IMG/VR virus record: IMGVR_UViG_3300020043_006654
Coordinates: 1 to 24,429 of that record
DNA: 24,429 nt
Source: a virus
Lineage: Duplodnaviria > Caudoviricetes
Reading direction: 5' to 3' (one strand)
Positions 17,197-23,334 of the stretch are shown here, one piece after another. Made by a program: the position numbers and the translations under genes. Below the pieces are notes generated by a model, which worked only from the letters and a program-made list of their open reading frames with translations, was not told the origin of the DNA and ran no database searches. Every line of letters begins with the position of its first letter. Within the stretch, counting starts at the first letter, position 1.

Positions 17197-17432
17197 AAAA
17201 TCTCCTTTTTTAATTTGACTTTACCTATCGGAACTTTTTCATAGAGCGCATCTTTTACTGTTTTGTAGCCGGCTTTCTTTTCAGCCTCTGTTAACCAGGG
17301 TAGGTCTCCACGTTTTGGCAGGGTTGAAATATAAATTCTTACCAGAAAGGCGAATATGAAAAGTGCTGTTAACAACAAAAGGAAAATCATCTGATTTAGA
17401 AAATTGTAATGATCTAAATAAAAATGAACCAT
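17193..17432 (-). CDS. Small membrane protein
   Basis: TM segment IFLLLLTALFIFAFLV and an ATGA overlap with the next gene. Confidence 0.6.
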   Translation of the reverse strand: MVHFYLDHYNFLNQMIFLLLLTALFIFAFLVRIYISTLPKRGDLPWLTEAEKKAGYKTVKDALYEKVPIGKVKLKKEIL

Positions 17433-17467
17433 ATGTGACCATATAGAGCTATATATGTATTGCAGTT

Positions 17468-17998
17468 TTAAAATGGTTGTTTCTCCTCTCCGGTTTCAAT
17501 TAATTGGATGATTTTTTCTTTTACCGTTGCCGGCATTCCTTTAATCGCCGAATCTTCAAGCCCTTTTTTGTAGATGTGGGGTCGGTTGATCACATCCTGA
17601 TCGCTGGTTTTCAATAACCGCTTGTCTGTGTTTTCACCGAACCACGCTGGGTAATTCTGGAAACGTGCGGCGTTAAAACATTGACAGCGGTAGGCGAACA
17701 CAACTCCCTTTTTGTCGATTGCCTGCACCCGTCCATCCCCACCACACCAAGAACATGGCAACCGCACTTCGTTATTGAGTCGTTGTGAGGCTCTAACTTG
17801 ACGGATAACCTCTGAGGCTCTTGCGGGTGTCGGAAAGCGCTCATCTTCTCTGGCGATACGATTAAACGCTGTCGCTACCGTTGAAATATCTTCTGTTTGG
17901 AAAAATTTATAATAGCGGCGTGCCTTCCCGTCTTTATTCGGCACATGGAAACAATCGAAAAGTATTTCTAAAGCATCGTTGAATTGATCAATAGTCAT
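17468..17998 (-). CDS. Replication accessory / helicase-loader-like protein with Zn finger
   Basis: Follows the initiator. Helical N-domain ending RFPTPA, then CSWCGGDG...CQC. Confidence 0.55.
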   Translation of the reverse strand: MTIDQFNDALEILFDCFHVPNKDGKARRYYKFFQTEDISTVATAFNRIAREDERFPTPARASEVIRQVRASQRLNNEVRLPCSWCGGDGRVQAIDKKGVVFAYRCQCFNAARFQNYPAWFGENTDKRLLKTSDQDVINRPHIYKKGLEDSAIKGMPATVKEKIIQLIETGEEKQPF

Positions 17999-18737
17999 AT
18001 TCTTCCTCTTGAATTAAGGTCTTAGCTCGCGCCTTCCAGTTTTGTGCTTGTGATGGAACTTCCTTTTCCCACATGCGATTGCTGAGGAATTTCGTCAAGT
18101 TAACTACAAACTGCCCGTTGTCTTTGGTCCATAACTCGCTGTTTTTCCAATTCTCTATCCCACAAAGAATGGCGGTGATTAGTTCCTCTGTGGGTTTTAA
18201 GAGTTTTAACTGTCCCCTAGCAGAAGCTGAATAGAGTCTCCCTTGTGGTGGGTAGGCATTTTCTATTTGCCGGAACCAGATATTAAACTGCGCGTCTCTT
18301 ACAGTACGTAGTACTGTATTCTTCTTCTTTCTTTCTTTGTATTCTTCTATTGTCGTTGATTGTTCGTTGTTGGTTCGTTGATCGTTCATTGAACCGTCCG
18401 TTGATTTGCTCGTTACTTTATTTTCTACATCCTGCCATTTGTTATAATTTACAATAGTATAGATGGTAAATCTGTTCGTTGATTTGCTCGTTACTTCGTC
18501 CGTTGATTTTAGTCTTAACAATAGAGTGCATAGAGATTGTTCTGATATTCCTAAATATTCCGATAAGTTGCGCCTAGATGAAACAAAGCTTCCGCGTGGG
18601 ATGATTTGCCCCTCAAAACGCTGATCAGCCCAATTAGCCCGCATTATCAGTTTAATGAAACAACCAACCATTTTACTATTATGAAACCAATCCCATTTCT
18701 CGATATCGCGGAAAATCTTTACAAATCCCTCGCCCAA
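17988..18737 (-). CDS. Phage replication initiator (lambda O / DnaD-like)
   Basis: GFVKIFRDIEKWDWF...LIMRANW...IPRGSFVSSRRNLS...TIYTIVNYNKWQ N-domain and AYP...FL..RMWE C-domain. Start moved to TTG 18737, after GGAGG. Confidence 0.85.
   Translation of the reverse strand: MGEGFVKIFRDIEKWDWFHNSKMVGCFIKLIMRANWADQRFEGQIIPRGSFVSSRRNLSEYLGISEQSLCTLLLRLKSTDEVTSKSTNRFTIYTIVNYNKWQDVENKVTSKSTDGSMNDQRTNNEQSTTIEEYKERKKKNTVLRTVRDAQFNIWFRQIENAYPPQGRLYSASARGQLKLLKPTEELITAILCGIENWKNSELWTKDNGQFVVNLTKFLSNRMWEKEVPSQAQNWKARAKTLIQEEEYDY
18300..18509. other. Putative replication origin (iterons) inside the initiator gene
   Basis: CGTTGATTTGCTCGTTACTT at 18399-18418 and 18477-18496. CGTTGAT cores also at 18354, 18376 and 18501. 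Adjacent pyrimidine tract 18319-18338 and inverted repeat TACAGTAC-gta-GTACTGTA at 18300-18318. Confidence 0.7.
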
Positions 18738-18748
18738 GACGCCTCCGG

Positions 18749-18876
18749 TATGATGCAAAACGGGAGGAAGTCGAAACTCCCTCCCGCAGCTATCGGCAGT
18801 ACGATGCAGCACAAAGGCTGGCTGCCGATATCGATCTGAAAATATTTTGAAAGCACTGCATCGTGATTGCATCATA
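18749..18876 (-). ncRNA. Structured cis-regulatory RNA element in the initiator leader
   Basis: Four complementary arm pairs of 9-12 bp, a UUCG loop, and mismatches that become G-U pairs only on the minus strand. Confidence 0.65.
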
Positions 18877-18889
18877 AATCCCAATTAAT

Positions 18890-19102
18890 TTAAGTCAAGA
18901 TATTCCAGAGAATGCCAAACATATATTTTATCGTTCGGGTTCTCGACAGTTGTTTTCTTAGAGCGATTCTAAAAGCCTCCTCAACCGATTCAGTCCCAAG
19001 CTGTTTTATGAAGTGCTCAATCGTAATATAGAGATCAGGATCAACAGGCTGTTCTCCAGGGAAGTGAGAATCAATTAGGTTTAAAATATATTCTTTACTC
19101 AT
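18890..19102 (-). CDS. Small protein with DnaD-like C-terminal motif
   Basis: LG...V.EAF.IA......KYMFGILWN. Start moved to 19102, overlapping the upstream stop. Confidence 0.5.
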   Translation of the reverse strand: MSKEYILNLIDSHFPGEQPVDPDLYITIEHFIKQLGTESVEEAFRIALRKQLSRTRTIKYMFGILWNILT

Positions 19103-19268
19103 TTTTCTTAATTGATTCCTTGATTGCCCACTGTTCAATAGTTTTAGGTTTCGATTTCTTTAAGTCGTCGGCAATGACTGAATCGGTCGCGCTAGCAATC
19201 CAACGGCAACCATAAAGAACCGCTGGCGTACCGACTAGGATAGCGATTAGGTAAACTTTCCAGTCCAT
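19095..19268 (-). CDS. Small membrane-anchored protein, 57 aa (not in ORF track)
   Basis: AGGAG RBS; MDWKVYLIAILVGTPAVLYGC...KKNE*. Confidence 0.65.
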   Translation of the reverse strand: MDWKVYLIAILVGTPAVLYGCRWIASATDSVIADDLKKSKPKTIEQWAIKESIKKNE

Positions 19269-19269
19269 A

Positions 19270-19521
19270 TTAGCTCCTGATTTCTTTTAGGACCAATTCA
19301 AATTCGCCGTATTCGTGTTGGATGATATTCATGTAGTAAAGTGCAACGGTCTGTGATTCGAAAATAGCGTTATCAATAGGCGTCGAAAGGTCTTCATCTG
19401 TTTTAAAAAACACCCCCCATTTCTTAGGGTTGCGATCCTCAACCATTTTTACTATGCGTAGGATTCTGTCGGCGTTGAGCTTGTTAAGGTCTTTTTTAAT
19501 TTCCTCATAGTCTCTACCCAT
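19270..19521 (-). CDS. Hypothetical protein, first gene of the leftward operon
   Basis: GGAGGT RBS, directly downstream of a consensus promoter. Confidence 0.75.
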   Translation of the reverse strand: MGRDYEEIKKDLNKLNADRILRIVKMVEDRNPKKWGVFFKTDEDLSTPIDNAIFESQTVALYYMNIIQHEYGEFELVLKEIRS

Positions 19522-19553
19522 TTGAAACCTCCATTTCGTTACTGTATATAGTA

Positions 19554-19582
19554 ATTATATATATCATGATATACGTTGTCAA
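19554..19582 (-). promoter_or_regulatory. Leftward (early) sigma70 promoter, perfect consensus
   Basis: TTGACA (19582-19577), 17-bp spacer, TATAAT (19559-19554). Confidence 0.9.
19560..19573. promoter_or_regulatory. Perfect 14-bp palindrome (putative operator) in the promoter spacer
   Basis: TATATCATGATATA. Confidence 0.6.
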
Positions 19583-19591
19583 TAAAATAAA

Positions 19592-19619
19592 TTGACATAT
19601 ATTATGCCTGATATATATT
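19592..19619 (+). promoter_or_regulatory. Rightward sigma70 promoter
   Basis: TTGACA (19592-19597), 16-bp spacer, TATATT (19614-19619). Confidence 0.7.
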
Positions 19620-19645
19620 TATTCGAGTCAATTCATGGAGTTACA

Positions 19646-19849
19646 ATGCAGGCATTAAAGATTAAAAATACTAAGAAAAGCAAAGGAATTCAGGTAGATA
19701 TAAAACACCTGAATGAAATCGCCGGCATGAAATTTACTAACTGTATGCAACTGGTAAGAATAGTTAGCCGTGGTGGTGAAGTCTTTTTAGGTTGCTTGGG
19801 ATGTGGAAAGCATCTCTTAAGCCATGATGAGGACTGTAATTGTATATAA
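19646..19849 (+). CDS. Small Cys-rich hypothetical protein
   Basis: GGAG RBS before ATG 19646; CLGCG and CNC motifs. Confidence 0.6.
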   Translation: MQALKIKNTKKSKGIQVDIKHLNEIAGMKFTNCMQLVRIVSRGGEVFLGCLGCGKHLLSHDEDCNCI

Positions 19850-19859
19850 CGCGCAGCGG

Positions 19860-19875
19860 CGTTCCACGTGAAACA
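19860..19875. promoter_or_regulatory. parS: parS-like centromere site
   Basis: CGTTCCACGTGAAACA, a 15/16 match to the chromosomal parS consensus TGTTNCACGTGAAACA, in a 37-bp intergenic gap. Confidence 0.75.
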
Positions 19876-19886
19876 ATGGAGTAGAA

Positions 19887-20543
19887 ATGAAACTTGCGGT
19901 AGGTATCCCTAGCTTTTCAGGCATTCAAAACGCCTCCTCTCTTTTCCGTATTCGCAGGCCATTTGATTACATCGAATTTCAAGGCTGTCCGGTACTTCCG
20001 CAAGCCAGAAGTGTTGTGTTCAGCCTCTTCCTTGAAAGCGACTGCACTCACCTCCTTTCATTGGATGGAGATATGCACTTTCCTCCAGATGCAGTTGAGG
20101 CATTAATAAAAGCTGATCAGCGCATTGTTGGGCTGCCATGTCCTAAGCGAATTGGTAACGGCTTCAACGTTACTTTTCAATCATCCACAGTTCAATTTAA
20201 GCAGTTAGAGAATGGCACGGTCATCATGCCGGTTCAGGGGATTGGGTTGGCGATGATGTTGATCGCCCGTGACGTTCTAGAACAATACCGCAGCGACAAC
20301 CCAGAGCGAGCTTTCTATGACGACGCCGGTCGTAAAATGTACGCATTCACAGATGTTGGCTTGCATAATGGGGCCTTTGTTTGTGAGTCCTATACATGGT
20401 GCCGGTACATGAGAGAACGAGGAGAAGAGATTTATTGTCTGCCAAATTGGAACGTTAACCACGCCGGCAAAATAGCCTGTTTTGCCAAGTCCATTGGTCT
20501 GCCACATGATAATTGTGAGGTTTGTAAAAATGCTGAACGGTAA
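19887..20543 (+). CDS. GT-A fold (family 2-like) glycosyltransferase
   Basis: AR..V..FLESDCTHLLSLDGDM (DxD), IVG..PKR, GIGLAMMLIARDVLE, CES..WC, H.G. Confidence 0.7.
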   Translation: MKLAVGIPSFSGIQNASSLFRIRRPFDYIEFQGCPVLPQARSVVFSLFLESDCTHLLSLDGDMHFPPDAVEALIKADQRIVGLPCPKRIGNGFNVTFQSSTVQFKQLENGTVIMPVQGIGLAMMLIARDVLEQYRSDNPERAFYDDAGRKMYAFTDVGLHNGAFVCESYTWCRYMRERGEEIYCLPNWNVNHAGKIACFAKSIGLPHDNCEVCKNAER

Positions 20544-21111
20544 AAATATTGTTGTTTATGACCTTGAGATTAAAAAACCAATTGATCAGTGTAGTAAAGG
20601 CTGGAGCAGTCACGATGAAATGGGGATAAGCGTCGGCTGCGCCTTTGATTACCGCCTCATGCGTTACCGAGTATTTATGGACGACAACCTTCAGGAATTA
20701 ACGGCTCGCCTAAATGAACCCGAAACTGTCGTCGTGGCGTTTAACCACATCAGCTTTGATAATAAGTTACTCCGTGCCAGTGGGCAACCTCTCAAGCCAG
20801 ACAATGAATTGAATAATTACGATATGTTAGTTCAAAGTAGAATCGGCGCCAATGCCGACAATTACGCCAAAGGATTCAAATTAGATGACCATTTAAGGGC
20901 TCTCGGATTGCCTATGAAAACAGCCGATGGTGCCGCCGCCCCACAATGGTGGCAGGCTGGTAAGGTCGGAACCCTGGTTGACTATTGTTTGAATGATGTG
21001 GCGCAAGAGAAGGCGCTTTTTGAGTACATTATTGAGCACCGTAAGGTGGCTAATGGATATAATGCTGTGCCTTATTCGATTGCACTACCTAATGGTTTGG
21101 AGATTGAATGA
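20530..21111 (+). CDS. DEDD / RNase H-like 3'-5' exonuclease domain protein
   Basis: VYDLEI (ExoI), VAFNHISFD (ExoII), YCLNDV (ExoIII). Start moved to ATG 20530. Confidence 0.85.
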   Translation: MLNGKNIVVYDLEIKKPIDQCSKGWSSHDEMGISVGCAFDYRLMRYRVFMDDNLQELTARLNEPETVVVAFNHISFDNKLLRASGQPLKPDNELNNYDMLVQSRIGANADNYAKGFKLDDHLRALGLPMKTADGAAAPQWWQAGKVGTLVDYCLNDVAQEKALFEYIIEHRKVANGYNAVPYSIALPNGLEIE

Positions 21112-21302
21112 ACGAATACGACCGCCGGCATCGTTGCAAAGATCAGCGCCATTGTTGGATATCCGTTCATAGAGATTTACCAGGAAATCACGATGAAGAG
21201 TCGTTCTATTGTTGGTGCCTACCGTTCACGTATTGCCCCACCTGTGAGCCAGATTATCGCATTCCCTCAGAAGCAGAACAGATAGCCGAAATTAAACAGT
21301 AA
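21108..21302 (+). CDS. Small Cys/His-rich hypothetical protein
   Basis: ATGA coupling; H...CWC.P..CPTC motif. Confidence 0.6.
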   Translation: MNEYDRRHRCKDQRHCWISVHRDLPGNHDEESFYCWCLPFTYCPTCEPDYRIPSEAEQIAEIKQ

Positions 21303-21394
21303 TCGCTAGTCAGATGATACCCCCGCTTTGAGGGGATTAATCTGCCCCCTATTTTCGCTACCACAATATACATATCGTATGGTAACGTAGTGGC

Positions 21395-21838
21395 ATGGCT
21401 AAAGTCGGTCGTCCTCCAATGCTCACTAAAGCTGTTTATGACAAACTTCCTGAATTAATTCGAGCAGGTAGTTCTGATAGCAAGCTTGCGAAAATTTTCG
21501 GTGTAAGCCAGTCGGCTATTTCTAGATGGAAAGAAAGACATCAAGAATTTGTCATTGCTTACAACATAGAAAAAGAAAAACTCTATGGCTTAATCGAAGA
21601 TTCTGCTGCTATGGCGGCCATTGGGTTTACTCAAGTAGTTAATGATAAAGAACAATATTACCCACCTAATATCAACGCCGCTAAGTTTGTGCTCCCTAAC
21701 GTCCGTCCAGAGAAATGGAAGGTTGAGCAATCCGTTATGCCGGTTGGGCACAATGTCATTGTAAACTTCAATTTCCCACGTCCAGAACTTTCTCCAAAGG
21801 TGATCGATGGAACCATCATCCCAGCAGCAAGAAAGTAA
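21395..21838 (+). CDS. terS: Terminase small subunit
   Basis: GRPP plus HTH (LAKIFGVSQSAISRW...EF), PP...AAKFVL.N..PEKW. Directly before terL. Confidence 0.85.
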   Translation: MAKVGRPPMLTKAVYDKLPELIRAGSSDSKLAKIFGVSQSAISRWKERHQEFVIAYNIEKEKLYGLIEDSAAMAAIGFTQVVNDKEQYYPPNINAAKFVLPNVRPEKWKVEQSVMPVGHNVIVNFNFPRPELSPKVIDGTIIPAARK

Positions 21839-23180
21839 TTCTGATACCATAGTCATCAATTCGACTTACATCCCAAATCCTACTCAAATTGCGGCGCATT
21901 CCAGTCCTGCGCGTTATCGTGGGTTTATGGGCTCTAAAGGGTCTGGAAAGTCACGCTGGTTGATTGAAGAGTCTATTGCTATGGGGTGGGAGAATCCAGG
22001 GAATAGAGGCATCATCGCTCGCTTGGATCTAGAAGACTTAAAAGAAACCACCATGCATTTCTTTTTTGAGTACTGCCCACCTCCACTTATCCTAGACCGT
22101 AACAGAGCCGAACATTGGGTTGTACTCGCAAGTAAAGACCGATTGAAACCATCTCGTATCAAATTCGCTCACTGTAAAGATCCAAAAAGCTTTGAGTCTG
22201 GTGAAATAGGATTCTTCGCGCTGGACGAAACAGACGAAATCCCCAACGAAACGGTTAAAACGCTGCGCTCTCGTATGCGGTTAAAGGGTATGCATCATTC
22301 TGGGCTCATGGCTTTCAACCCACCTAGCAAGATGCACTGGCTTCACGACTTCTTTGTGAAGGAAGTGAAGATGAATCCGGCATTGGCTGAATCACGTCGG
22401 CTCTTTCGTAATAATACCTATGAGAATGAATCCAACCTAGCTCCAGGCTACATCGATGAGCTGAAGTCTATTTATACAGGGGATGAGTTAAACCGCTTCT
22501 TAATGGGCGAATGGGGGAGCACAGCAACGGAATGGTCGGTTTACCCTACCTGGAGAGAAACGTTCTATGTCGCTCCAGGGTCTTTAAAGCATGAAATAGG
22601 CGTACCCATTTTACGTTGTTGGGACTTTGGAATGAAAGCGGCGTGTCTATGGGGGCAAGTGATTGATGGCCGGTTACGAGTGTTATCGGAATACATGAAG
22701 TTTAACGCTGGCGCAGAACAGTTCATTCCTACCTGCAAATCATTGAGTCTCAAATATCCTGGGTGTAAATTTATCGACATCAGCGATCCAACGTTTATTA
22801 ACAACCGATCGCAAGTTGACGCCCGCACGATCTACCAGGTTGCTAAGGCTGAAGGAATTGTTATGAAGGATGGTGCTTCAGTCTGGAAAGAGCGCACGGG
22901 CGCCGTTGAGTGGTTTATGGGTAAGATTGTAAATGGCAAACCAGGTCTTGAAATAGATCCATCATGTACCCAACTCTTATCTGGGTTTGAGGGGGATTAT
23001 CGGTATTCAGAAGGATCTATGCGCCGCCTTGCTGAGGATGTAGAGGATACCGACTCAACACACATTCATGATTGTTTGCAGCACATGGCTTGGTATGGTC
23101 GCAAGAAAATGTCTAGCAACCGCATAGCGCTGCCAATGACAGTAGAGGGGTATAGTTTTGGTGGAGACTCAAGAGACTAG
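21807..23180 (+). CDS. terL: Terminase large subunit
   Basis: Walker A GSKGSGKS, Walker B FALDE, coupling motif FNPP, nuclease WDFG and H..D.L.H. Confidence 0.95.
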   Translation: MEPSSQQQESNSDTIVINSTYIPNPTQIAAHSSPARYRGFMGSKGSGKSRWLIEESIAMGWENPGNRGIIARLDLEDLKETTMHFFFEYCPPPLILDRNRAEHWVVLASKDRLKPSRIKFAHCKDPKSFESGEIGFFALDETDEIPNETVKTLRSRMRLKGMHHSGLMAFNPPSKMHWLHDFFVKEVKMNPALAESRRLFRNNTYENESNLAPGYIDELKSIYTGDELNRFLMGEWGSTATEWSVYPTWRETFYVAPGSLKHEIGVPILRCWDFGMKAACLWGQVIDGRLRVLSEYMKFNAGAEQFIPTCKSLSLKYPGCKFIDISDPTFINNRSQVDARTIYQVAKAEGIVMKDGASVWKERTGAVEWFMGKIVNGKPGLEIDPSCTQLLSGFEGDYRYSEGSMRRLAEDVEDTDSTHIHDCLQHMAWYGRKKMSSNRIALPMTVEGYSFGGDSRD

Positions 23181-23334
23181 TGGACATTTATGCAAATTAT
23201 GCGAAAATGAGCTGCATCCAGCCTTGTACTCAATAGGAGTCTGCGGGTATTGTCTCGTGGAACTAGAAGAGCAAGACGATTCTTGGGTAGAATCTTACTC
23301 TTTTGGTTATGAGGATGATGATGGCGAAATCTAG
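23161..23334 (+). CDS. 57-aa acidic Zn-finger protein (not in ORF track)
   Basis: GTG start; CKLC...CGYC, then EEQDDSWVESYSFGYEDDDGEI*. Overlaps both the terL stop and the portal start. Confidence 0.6.
   Translation: METQETSGHLCKLCENELHPALYSIGVCGYCLVELEEQDDSWVESYSFGYEDDDGEI

Noticed and set aside
18749-18876. HDV-like/theta ribozyme or intrinsic terminator
   Set aside because: Only 1 nt separates A' and B', leaving no room for P1.1, P4 or the catalytic J4/2 strand. The UUCG hairpin is followed by only four U, which belong partly to the outer stem. Attenuation is not excluded, but it is not called as a terminator.
18738-18884. 49-aa N-terminal extension of the initiator given in the ORF track
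   Set aside because: Family-like sequence begins at GEGFVKIFR, and GGAGG sits just before TTG 18737. The extension coincides with the RNA structure.
19590-19620. dif-like XerCD site
   Set aside because: ATATATTATG resembles the dif centre, but the XerD arm TTATGTTAAAT is not matched. Better explained as promoter/operator sequence.
19592-19645. TTG start of the 85-aa ORF
   Set aside because: That TTG is the -35 box. ATG 19646 has a GGAG RBS.
21314-21342. Terminator before terS
   Set aside because: Only a short CCCC/GGGG stem and no adjacent U tract.
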